This document shows positions 51,782 through 60,636 of a stretch of 64,000 nt of DNA, in pieces (the stretch's first letter is position 1; each line of letters starts with the position of its first letter). The notes beneath the pieces were generated by a model that was not told the origin of the DNA, did not search any database, and saw only the letters and a list, made by a program, of their open reading frames with translations. Both the position numbers and the translations under genes were made by a program. The DNA is taken from positions 49,057-113,056 of the forward strand of contig CAMAFY010000003.1 of NCBI GenBank assembly GCA_945833885.1, in the 5' to 3' direction. The DNA comes from an uncultured Bacteroidales bacterium (GTDB lineage: Bacteria > Bacteroidota > Bacteroidia > Bacteroidales > Bacteroidaceae).

Positions 51782-51839
51782 TAACAATTCCTGAACGTTC
51801 TGATACCAATTCCTGGACGGACCGGGAATAGAATACGAT

Positions 51840-52730
51840 ATGAAGACGCTGAACTTCAAGGTCGGTACCCGTTTCTACGTGTTGCATTTCGCTGATGATG
51901 CGGCACCCTATGAGGAACTTCTGCCATCACATGGCGTTTTTCTGCAGGCTCAGACTGATGGAAATCCGCTTTTCGAAATGTCGGTAGTGGACAATCTGCC
52001 GGAACATCCCGAGGAACATACAGAAACGATAGGGGATTTTGTCGGTGACAACGGCATCTATCATGTGGCGCGTAACGCCAATGGTGACTACCATTTGCGG
52101 ATAAGTAGCCCGGATGGCAGGTTGGCGGCGGTGTTCTTGTGCGACAGTTTTTTCCGCAAATGTCGCGTTATGCTCTGTGGAACGCCCGATGTCCGGCGCT
52201 TTGGCATGGAGAATAGTGTCATCATCGCCTATACTTACGCCGGCGCCTATCAGAGTGCCCTGACCATTCATGCCAGTGTGGCGGTGGTCGATGGCAAGGC
52301 TTATGCCTTCCTGGGACGCAGCGGCACGGGCAAAAGCACGCATTGCGAACTGTGGTTGAAGCACATCGACGGTGCCGTTCGTCTGAATGACGACAATCCG
52401 GTTGTGGAAATTCACCCCGACGGCGACGTGTGGATTTACGGATCACCATGGAGCGGAAAGACACCGGTTTACAAGAAAGAAGGCTACAAGGTCGGAGGTT
52501 TCCTGCGTCTGCATCAGGCTCCGAAGAACAGTATACGCCGATTGAGCGTGCTCGAAGGCTATGCTTCGCTGATGGGTTCTGTGAGTTCCATGTTTTGGGA
52601 TAGGGAATCGTCAGATTGCATCAAGGCGACTATTACCAGGGTTGTCCGGCATATACCATGTTATGACATGCAGTGTCTGCCCGACGAATCTGCGGCGCGT
52701 ATGAGTCATACTGCAATGACGAAAGGTTAA
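51840..52730 (+). CDS. HPr-kinase/PEPCK-like P-loop kinase
   Basis: IHAS, GRSGTGKST Walker A, LNDD di-aspartate and YGSPWSGK motifs. Confidence 0.82.
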   Translation: MKTLNFKVGTRFYVLHFADDAAPYEELLPSHGVFLQAQTDGNPLFEMSVVDNLPEHPEEHTETIGDFVGDNGIYHVARNANGDYHLRISSPDGRLAAVFLCDSFFRKCRVMLCGTPDVRRFGMENSVIIAYTYAGAYQSALTIHASVAVVDGKAYAFLGRSGTGKSTHCELWLKHIDGAVRLNDDNPVVEIHPDGDVWIYGSPWSGKTPVYKKEGYKVGGFLRLHQAPKNSIRRLSVLEGYASLMGSVSSMFWDRESSDCIKATITRVVRHIPCYDMQCLPDESAARMSHTAMTKG

Positions 52731-52781
52731 AGCCTTGGAAAAGAATAAGATAAAATATAGAATCGAAATAAATAGATAACC

Positions 52782-53330
52782 GTGCGAAGATACAGAAAAT
52801 GGCGTGAATGTTTAAGACGATGGCTGAATGCCGGAGAAAAAAAGCCGCTTCTGAACAGTTCGAACGGCACGGTTGTCGGAAAGCCCAACCACGAAGTGAT
52901 GGAAATGGTGCGGCAGTTTGTCGGTGAAGGACGGCAGACACTGCTCCCGGTCCGGGGGTATAGCATGCGCATCTTCGTGGAACATGAGCGCGACAAGGCC
53001 ATTCTTGCTCCCTTTGATGCGGCGACGCTGAAACGGGGTGACGTGGTTTTGACATGGGTGACGGAGGGTTATTACGTCCTGCACCGTATCGTGAACGTCG
53101 AAGGTGACGACCTGACACTCATGGGTGACGGCAATATCCGGGGCAAGGAGCATTGCAAACGTAGCGATGTGTTGGCAAAGGCGATAGGATTTGTCCGTAA
53201 GGGACGGCAGAATCCCGATATGGTAACGGACTGGAAATGGAGAATTTATTCAGTTTTCTGGCTCGGATTGCTGCCCATTCGCCGATGGCTGTTGCTCTTG
53301 TGGCGCCTCAAACAGCGCATTCTGCGGTAG
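52782..53330 (+). CDS. S24/S26-family peptidase (Ser-His type); start uncertain
   Basis: VRGYSM catalytic Ser box, RGDVV, VLHRI, LMGDGN. Confidence 0.82.
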   Translation: MRRYRKWRECLRRWLNAGEKKPLLNSSNGTVVGKPNHEVMEMVRQFVGEGRQTLLPVRGYSMRIFVEHERDKAILAPFDAATLKRGDVVLTWVTEGYYVLHRIVNVEGDDLTLMGDGNIRGKEHCKRSDVLAKAIGFVRKGRQNPDMVTDWKWRIYSVFWLGLLPIRRWLLLLWRLKQRILR

Positions 53331-53542
53331 TCAGGATGGAGCGGATGGCTGGTTTGCACAGGAAATGTCGGAAACTCCTGAATGTGAATGCCGGAAATGT
53401 CCGCACATAAATGTTGAGGCAGAAAAGCATTCCCCCTCAAAAAGACAAAACTGGTTCAACCATTCATTTTTGAAAATATCGTGGATTGCGAGGACAGCCT
53501 GCGCGGTTGTCATCGCGGAAATCCGCCTTTATATACGGTAAT

Positions 53543-53812
53543 ATGCGTTTTAAGAAAGGATATGAACTCCGCGATGTCTGCGGAGAATTGGTACTTGTGC
53601 CTGATGGTATGGAAGGAATCGACCTGACAGCCATGCTTCATCTCAATGAAAGTACGGCAGAAATCTATCGTAATTTTGAAAGTCGCGACTTTACCATTGA
53701 GGACGTCGTGGCATTTCTTCTCGACAATTATGATGTCGATGCCGTACAGGTTCAGAAAGATGTGGAATCTCTCTTTGAAAAACTCTGTAAAAACGGAGGA
53801 ATAGAGGAGTAG
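53543..53812 (+). CDS. PqqD-family protein (RiPP recognition element)
   Basis: 89 aa; LRDVCGELVLVP...LNESTAEIY...LLDNYDVD...DVESLFEKL pattern typical of PqqD/RRE. Confidence 0.88.
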   Translation: MRFKKGYELRDVCGELVLVPDGMEGIDLTAMLHLNESTAEIYRNFESRDFTIEDVVAFLLDNYDVDAVQVQKDVESLFEKLCKNGGIEE

Positions 53813-53852
53813 AAACGGAAAAGAAAACAATAATAAATAACAATAATATCTG

Positions 53853-55757
53853 ATGGATAAAAATACCATTACAGGACTTGTGCTCATCGCTGTCGTGCTT
53901 TTCGGCTTTTCCTTTTGGTCAAGCCGTAATGCGGAACAGTATGCTGAGGAGCATCCTGCCGAACAGGTAGAAACACCTAAGGCCCAGTCTTCAGCCAAAG
54001 CCTCGGAAAACGTTGTGGCAAGTGCCGCAGAAGATGCCGATTCCACCGCACTCTTCTTTGCCGCACGTCAAAGGAATGCACAGGAGACTGTGCTCCTTAG
54101 AAACGGAAAGATCGAGGTACTTATCAATCCGAAAGGCGGACAAGTGGCACGCGTGAACCTCAATGAATTCAAAAGTTATAAGGAATATCATGCCGGAGGT
54201 AGCGCACCCCTTAACCTTTACAACGAGAAAGATGCCCGAATGAACTTTGTCTTTGAGACGAAGAATGAGAACATCTCCACCGACGACTATTACTTTACGG
54301 CAGAGAATGTCACGGATTCGACGGTGACAATGTTGCTTTCTGACCCTTCGGGAGCGCGGATTGCCTTTGATTATGCCCTTTCTGAGAACTATATGCTCAA
54401 TATGAAGGTGCGTACAGAAGGCATGAAGAACCTGATGCCTGCAAAGACAAAGACCTTTAACCTCGAATGGGAGGACCGTGTAAGACAGCATGAAAAGGGA
54501 TTCTACTTCGAGAATATGTATTCAACCCTTACATATAAGGAGGCGGATGGCGACACCGAAAAACTCAAAGAACAGGGTAGTGAGGAGGAGACAGCGGAAC
54601 AAAATGTCCGTTGGATCGCTTTCAAAAACCAGTATTTTTCGAGTTGCCTGATATCCAAAGCCCCGCTTAGCGGCTGTAAGTTCAACAGTACCCAACTCGA
54701 TGAGGGCACTGGCTACCTCAAAGCCTATAAGGCTGAGGCAGAAGTGGCGATGGATGCCAGTGGAAAACAGGCAACCGAACTCCAATTCTATTTTGGTCCA
54801 AACCATTTCCGCCTGCTCCAATCGATGGATAAGCAGAGCATCACGAACGAAGACCTCGACCTTCAAGACCTTGTATACCTGGGATGGCCCATCGTACGTT
54901 GGATAAACCGCTTCTTTACCCTCTATGTCTTCGACTTCCTTACCGCAGCCAATCTACCCATGTGGCTCGTACTTCTGCTCATAACCCTTTTGCTTCGTGT
55001 GCTGGTTTACGCACCAACCCGCAAGAGTTTCTTGAGTTCTGCCAAGATGCGTGTGCTACGTCCGAAGATGGAAGCCATCAATAAGAAGTATCCGAATCCG
55101 GAAGATGCCATGAAACGTCAGCAGGAAATGATGACACTTTACAGCCAATATGGTGCCAGTCCTATGGCAGGATGCCTGCCGATGCTGATACAAATGCCCA
55201 TCTGGATTGCCATGTTCAACTTTGTTCCCAATGCTATTGAACTCCGACAGCAGTCTTTCCTCTGGGCAGATGACCTTTCGGCATACGACGACCTCATCTC
55301 TTGGGGAACGAATATTTGGGGATTGGGCAATCATCTTTCCCTGTTCTGCATCCTTTTCTGCCTTACAAACCTTCTGTACAGTTACATGTCGATGCGCCAA
55401 CAAAAGGATATGATGGCTGGAAATCCCGAGCAGATGCAGCAAATGAAGGTGATGCAGTGGATGATGTACCTCATGCCACTGATGTTCTTCTTCATGTTCA
55501 ACAAGTATTCTGCCGGACTTAACTATTATTACTTCATATCTCTTCTCTTCTCAGCATTGACCATGTGGTATCTTCGCAAGACAACAGACGACGCAAAACT
55601 CCTTGCCCGTCTTGAAGAATACTACGAGAAGCAGAAGAATAATCCCAACAAAAAGCCGGGCGGACTCGCAGCACGCCTGCAGGCATTGCAGGAACAGCAG
55701 CAGGCATTGCTCGACGAACAGCGCGCGCGCAATCGTGCCGCCCGTGGTGAAAAGTAA
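53853..55757 (+). CDS. yidC: Membrane protein insertase YidC
   Basis: MDKNTITGLVLI, WIAFKNQYFS, GCLPMLIQMP, FLWADDLS and AGLNYYY motifs. Confidence 0.97.
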   Translation: MDKNTITGLVLIAVVLFGFSFWSSRNAEQYAEEHPAEQVETPKAQSSAKASENVVASAAEDADSTALFFAARQRNAQETVLLRNGKIEVLINPKGGQVARVNLNEFKSYKEYHAGGSAPLNLYNEKDARMNFVFETKNENISTDDYYFTAENVTDSTVTMLLSDPSGARIAFDYALSENYMLNMKVRTEGMKNLMPAKTKTFNLEWEDRVRQHEKGFYFENMYSTLTYKEADGDTEKLKEQGSEEETAEQNVRWIAFKNQYFSSCLISKAPLSGCKFNSTQLDEGTGYLKAYKAEAEVAMDASGKQATELQFYFGPNHFRLLQSMDKQSITNEDLDLQDLVYLGWPIVRWINRFFTLYVFDFLTAANLPMWLVLLLITLLLRVLVYAPTRKSFLSSAKMRVLRPKMEAINKKYPNPEDAMKRQQEMMTLYSQYGASPMAGCLPMLIQMPIWIAMFNFVPNAIELRQQSFLWADDLSAYDDLISWGTNIWGLGNHLSLFCILFCLTNLLYSYMSMRQQKDMMAGNPEQMQQMKVMQWMMYLMPLMFFFMFNKYSAGLNYYYFISLLFSALTMWYLRKTTDDAKLLARLEEYYEKQKNNPNKKPGGLAARLQALQEQQQALLDEQRARNRAARGEK

Positions 55758-55782
55758 TTTTTTTTTCACGAAACAACAATAT

Positions 55783-55821
55783 GGAGGAGGGAGGTTGACG
55801 CCTCCCTTCATCCTATTTTTT
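55783..55821 (+). terminator. Rho-independent terminator
   Basis: ggaggagggagg...cctcccttcatcc followed by a T run. Confidence 0.6.
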
Positions 55822-56048
55822 AGTGGGTTGTTTGAAATTGTTTTGCCGGATATTAAGTCAGTTTCGGAGATTGCTGTTCCTGAGAATAAAGGAATTCTGC
55901 CTGTTGCATGACTGGAAGGTCCGTTTTTTTCAGATGAAAAGAATGCGAAAGACGGTAAAACGCATCCCGCAAGATAACAATAAAGATTTGAGGTGGCGGC
56001 TCTTTCCCCCTACCTTTTACACACTCTTCATGCCATTTCCCCTTTTTT

Positions 56049-58331
56049 ATGAACATTAAGAATTCGATTATGGCTATCGTCATGTCGGCCGGACTGACGG
56101 CAATGCCAGCAGAATGTCAGGCGGAAACGCCTATTCTGAAGAGCACAATGTCCTTCAAAGGCGACCTTCTTACGCCCGAGGCACTTTGGGCGATGGGACG
56201 TATCGGCAGTGTTTCCTTGAACGCTGAGGGAACAAAGATGGTCTACACCGTCAGTTATTACAGTGTAGAGCAGAACAAAAGCCGTTCAATGATTTACCTT
56301 TTTGACTTCGAACGGAATGATTCCACGCTTCTAACGCCTGCAGAGAGCGGTCAAAGCGAGGCGGCACCCACATGGATTACCGATGCTGAGGGCCGTAACC
56401 GCATCGCTTTCCTTTGCAAGGGCCAGATCTGGAGCATGAATCCCGACGGAACAGACCGCCGACAACTCACGCATGATGCCGATGGTATCGGCGATTTCCT
56501 CTTCTCGCCCGACTGCAAACGCGTCATTCTTGTCAAGGAAGTTCCGCAGCATACCTCCATTGCTCAGAACGATGAGGACCTTCCCCTTGCTACCGGTATG
56601 GTCATCAACGACCTTATGTACAAGCACTGGGACCATTATGTCGCTTCCGCACCGCATCCTTTCGTCGCGGATGTGACGTCTGAGGGGATAAGTGCAGGTA
56701 AGGACATCCTCGAAGGCGAACCTTATGAAAGTCCGATGGAGCCTTTCGGAGGCGTAGAGCAACTGGCTTGGACTCCCGATGCGAACTTCGTGGCATATAC
56801 TTGCCGCAAAAAGACAGGGCGTGACTATGCAATCTCTACAGACTCTGACATTTTTTATTATAATGTGCAGAAAGGTTGTACGGAAAGCAACATGCTCAAG
56901 CCCGAAGGCTTTGTGGCTCCTGCAGTAGACTACGTACATTCCTTGGAAAAACAGCAGGTGAACGCCGGCACCTCCTCCCAACCTGAGGCAACCAAGGGTG
57001 GGGTGCCTTTTGCCGGATATGACGACAATCCCGCCTTTTCTCCCGATGGCCGCTACATGGCTTTCCGCTCCATGGAGCGCGATGGCTACGAGAGTGACCG
57101 CACACGTCTTGTGCTTCTTGACCGTCAAAGCGGAGAATTCATCTTTGTCAGCGAACATCTGGATGCCAATCAGCCGGAAATGCAGAGCGGAGTGGAGGAC
57201 TTTGTCTGGTCGCCCGACTCACGTAGCCTTTATTTCACGGCAGTTTGGCATGGTAAGACCAATGTCTACGTCACCAATCTCAGCGGGCAGGTCAAGCAAC
57301 TGACGGATGATCAGGCTGACTATTCCATCTCCGCCATCGCTCCCGACGGAAAATCGCTTATCTGCAAACGGCATTCCATGGCTGCACCCGACGAGATTTA
57401 TCGCTTGCAACTCGATGTTAAGGGCCTTCAACGTGTGTGGAAATCCAAGCGTTTCCTCAGTGCATACCAGCCCGGACTCGCCACAGTCCAGCAGTTGACC
57501 TGTGAAAACGAACTGTTCTACGACAATCTTTCGTGGGGCGATGTCAAGGAACGTTGGGTGCGTACCACCGATGGAAAGGACATGCTTTGTTGGGTAATCT
57601 ATCCTCCCCATTTCGATGCCACGAAGAAATATCCCACACTCCTTTTCTGCGAAGGCGGTCCTCAGAGTCCAGTAAGCCAGTTCTGGAGTTATCGTTGGAA
57701 CATGCAAATCATGGCAGCCCACGGATATATCATCATCGCTCCCAATCGTCGTGGCCTTCCGGGCTTTGGAATGGAATGGCTCGAGCAGATATCCGGCGAC
57801 TATACCGGCCAATGTATGAAGGACTACCTCAGTGCTATCGATGACATTTGCCGCGAATCCTATGTCGATGTCGAGCATCTCGGAGCGGTTGGTGCCTCGT
57901 TCGGTGGTTTCAGTGTCTATTGGCTTGCCGGTAATCACGAAGGCCGTTTTAAGGCTTTCATTGCACATGACGGTATCTACAACACGCAACAGCAGTATGT
58001 TGAGACCGAGGAACTCTGGTTCCCGAACTGGGATTTGGGTTCCGCACCGTGGTGCAAGGCCGCCAATGGTCAGCAGCAGAAAGTCTATAGCACGTCACCT
58101 CATCTCTATGTTGACCGCTGGGACGCCCCGATTCTCTGCATTCACGGGCAAAAGGACTTCCGCATTGAATATACGCAAGCCGAAAGTGCCTTCACTGCGG
58201 CCCGTATGCGCGGTCTTGACGCACAACTTCTTCTCTTCCCCGACGAGAACCATTGGGTGCTGAAGCCCCAGAACGGCATCCTGTGGCAGCGTACTTTCTT
58301 CCGTTGGCTCGACAAGTATTTGAAGAAATAA
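56049..58331 (+). CDS. S9-family peptidase (dipeptidyl-peptidase 5-like)
   Basis: Signal peptide, beta-propeller, GGPQ, GASFG nucleophile, KDFR (Asp) and DENHW (His). Confidence 0.92.
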   Translation: MNIKNSIMAIVMSAGLTAMPAECQAETPILKSTMSFKGDLLTPEALWAMGRIGSVSLNAEGTKMVYTVSYYSVEQNKSRSMIYLFDFERNDSTLLTPAESGQSEAAPTWITDAEGRNRIAFLCKGQIWSMNPDGTDRRQLTHDADGIGDFLFSPDCKRVILVKEVPQHTSIAQNDEDLPLATGMVINDLMYKHWDHYVASAPHPFVADVTSEGISAGKDILEGEPYESPMEPFGGVEQLAWTPDANFVAYTCRKKTGRDYAISTDSDIFYYNVQKGCTESNMLKPEGFVAPAVDYVHSLEKQQVNAGTSSQPEATKGGVPFAGYDDNPAFSPDGRYMAFRSMERDGYESDRTRLVLLDRQSGEFIFVSEHLDANQPEMQSGVEDFVWSPDSRSLYFTAVWHGKTNVYVTNLSGQVKQLTDDQADYSISAIAPDGKSLICKRHSMAAPDEIYRLQLDVKGLQRVWKSKRFLSAYQPGLATVQQLTCENELFYDNLSWGDVKERWVRTTDGKDMLCWVIYPPHFDATKKYPTLLFCEGGPQSPVSQFWSYRWNMQIMAAHGYIIIAPNRRGLPGFGMEWLEQISGDYTGQCMKDYLSAIDDICRESYVDVEHLGAVGASFGGFSVYWLAGNHEGRFKAFIAHDGIYNTQQQYVETEELWFPNWDLGSAPWCKAANGQQQKVYSTSPHLYVDRWDAPILCIHGQKDFRIEYTQAESAFTAARMRGLDAQLLLFPDENHWVLKPQNGILWQRTFFRWLDKYLKK

Positions 58332-58366
58332 TCCACGCATTATCAATCATCAATCCATAAATTATT

Positions 58367-59989
58367 ATGTCATCACAAACAACACTGAGAGATTCTGCCG
58401 CTTTGCGCTGGACAGCCCTCCTGCTTCTTGCCTTGGCGATGTTCTGTTCATATATCTTTATGGACATTCTCTCCCCCATCAAGGACCTCATGCAGAGCAC
58501 CCGTGGTTGGGACTCTACCGCCTTCGGTACCATGCAAGGTTCTGAAACCTTCCTCAATGTCTTTGTCTTCTTCCTCATCTTCGCGGGCATTATCCTCGAT
58601 AAGATGGGTGTCCGTTTCACCGCTCTTCTTTCCGGAGCCGTGATGCTTTTGGGTGCAACCATCAATTGGTACGCCGTCACAGAGGGCTTTATCGGAAGCA
58701 GCCTCGACGTTTGGTTTACCAATAATCTGAACTATATCCCCGTTTTTGACGAAATCGGAGTGTCGCCTTTCTACCAGGGAATGCCCTCTTCTGCCAAACT
58801 CAGCGCCGTAGGATTCATGATTTTCGGTTGCGGAGTAGAGATGGCTGGTATCACCGTCAGCCGTGGTATCGTCAAGTGGTTCAAGGGCCGCGAGATGGCA
58901 CTTGCCATGGGTTCCGAGATGGCTCTCGCACGTCTTGGTGTCGCCACCTGTATGATTTTCTCCCCGATGTTCGCCAATCTTGGCGGTAAGGTCGATGTTT
59001 CCCGTTCCGTAGCGTTCGGTGTCATCCTCCTTTTCATTGCCCTTATCATGTTCATCGTCTACTTCTTCATGGACCGTAAACTCGATGAGCAGACCGGCGA
59101 AGCCGAAGAAAAGGACGATCCCTTCAAACTTTCCGACCTCAAAGCCATCCTTACCAGTGGTGGATTCTGGCTTGTCGCCCTCCTTTGTGTCCTCTATTAC
59201 AGCGCCATCTTCCCCTTCCAGAAGTACGCTGTCAACATGTTGCAGTGCAATCTTTCGTTCACAGAGGTTCCTGCCGACAGTTTCTGGGCCGGAAATGCCG
59301 TAACAATCGTGCAGTACATCATCATGCTTGTTGCCGCAGGTACCGCATTTGCCAGCAACTTCGCCCGTCGTTCCCTTAAATATCCCCTCCTTGCCCTTGC
59401 CATTCTGTGCCTTGTAGCCTTCTGCTATATGGGTTATATGCGTCAGTCGGCCGCTACCGTCTTCTCCGTATTCCCCCTTCTTGCCGTCGGTATCACGCCC
59501 ATTCTCGGGTCTTATGTCGACCATAAGGGTAAGGCTGCCACTATGCTTATCCTCGGTTCCATCCTGCTTATCGTCTGCCACCTCACCTTTGCCTTCGTCC
59601 TTCCTTTGTTCAAGGGCGATGCCATTGGCGGAGTCATCGTGGCTTATGCCACCATTCTTGTGCTTGGAGCCAGTTTCTCGCTCGTTCCCGCATCGCTTTG
59701 GCCCAGCGTTCCCAAACTTGTTGACGCCAAGATCATCGGTTCTGCCTATGCCGTTATCTTCTGGATTCAGAACATTGGACTGTGGCTTTTCCCCCTCCTC
59801 ATCGGTAAGGTCCTCGATGCCAGCAACCCCGGCGTAACCGATCCTTTGAAGTACGACTATACGAATCCTCTCCTCATGCTCGCAGGTCTTGGCGTGGCAG
59901 CCTTCTTCATCGGTCTTATCCTGAAAGTTGTGGACCGTAAGAAGCATATCGGCCTTGAACTTCCCAACATCGTTGAGGAGAAAAACTGA
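58367..59989 (+). CDS. MFS transporter
   Basis: Many transmembrane helices; GIILDKMGVR motif A; WFKGREMALA. Confidence 0.9.
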   Translation: MSSQTTLRDSAALRWTALLLLALAMFCSYIFMDILSPIKDLMQSTRGWDSTAFGTMQGSETFLNVFVFFLIFAGIILDKMGVRFTALLSGAVMLLGATINWYAVTEGFIGSSLDVWFTNNLNYIPVFDEIGVSPFYQGMPSSAKLSAVGFMIFGCGVEMAGITVSRGIVKWFKGREMALAMGSEMALARLGVATCMIFSPMFANLGGKVDVSRSVAFGVILLFIALIMFIVYFFMDRKLDEQTGEAEEKDDPFKLSDLKAILTSGGFWLVALLCVLYYSAIFPFQKYAVNMLQCNLSFTEVPADSFWAGNAVTIVQYIIMLVAAGTAFASNFARRSLKYPLLALAILCLVAFCYMGYMRQSAATVFSVFPLLAVGITPILGSYVDHKGKAATMLILGSILLIVCHLTFAFVLPLFKGDAIGGVIVAYATILVLGASFSLVPASLWPSVPKLVDAKIIGSAYAVIFWIQNIGLWLFPLLIGKVLDASNPGVTDPLKYDYTNPLLMLAGLGVAAFFIGLILKVVDRKKHIGLELPNIVEEKN

Positions 59990-60167
59990 TAAGACTGCCC
60001 AAGAATCCCATTTCAATATGCGATAGCATGAAATGACACCTTCCGTTTTTTACGGAAAAGGGGTGGAATGTTTCGGTGTTCTATTACGCCGGAATGTTCC
60101 ACCTCTTCTTTTTCTCCTTTTCAGAACACTTCGGACATGGCACCGTGTTTCCTGAAATCACCGTAGG

Positions 60168-60248
60168 AAAGAGCGGAACTTTCCGATGAAAAGAGCGGAA
60201 CTTTCGCTCTTGATGTTCCGATGTTTGTGGCTCAAAGTTCCGATGTTT
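60168..60248. repeat. 22-bp-period array of the 15-bp motif (2 forward + 2 reverse units)
   Basis: aaagagcggaacttt at 60168 and 60190, gatgttccgatgttt 60212, aaagttccgatgttt 60234. Confidence 0.85.
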
Positions 60249-60393
60249 TCAAGTCGTCTGCAAAACATTGCGGAAAGCCTTCCTGGACAGGTATAAACTT
60301 TTCGTTGTGGAATGTTTTTTTTTAACGTGGAAAGCACGCCTTGGGGAGCGGATGAAAAAATAATGCTTTGCAACAAAAAAAATAAAAACTTAC

Positions 60394-60425
60394 TTTGGTA
60401 GTTTCATCGGAACACACTAAATTTG
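60394..60425 (+). promoter_or_regulatory. Sigma-A promoter far upstream of the YitT gene
   Basis: TTTG at 60394, 20-nt spacer, TAAATTTG at 60418-60425. Confidence 0.55.
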
Positions 60426-60562
60426 CACGTGGAAATTACAATCTGAATACTACTACCCCCTAATACTGTGTAGACCTCGACAATTATTTTAGATGCGTTC
60501 TATAAATTGGATTTGCCGGAATTCGGGTCAATTTCCGTATAACTCTCTGTAAGTAAAAGGCA

Positions 60563-60636
60563 TGTTCCCCTTAATCCAAATGAGCAGTACGGAAGCAAGT
60601 GAAAACTCTTACCGTTATGCCATGGCGAGAAAACGT
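60563..60636 (+). repeat. Dispersed hairpin repeat, copy F (degenerate)
   Basis: ttaatccaaatgagcagtacggaagcaagtgaaaactcttaccgttatgccatggcgagaaaacg. Confidence 0.8.

Noticed and set aside
5661-60248. 22-bp arrays as mini-CRISPR arrays
   Set aside because: The 15-bp repeats are degenerate, spacers are only 7 bp, orientation is mixed, and there are no cas genes in the window.
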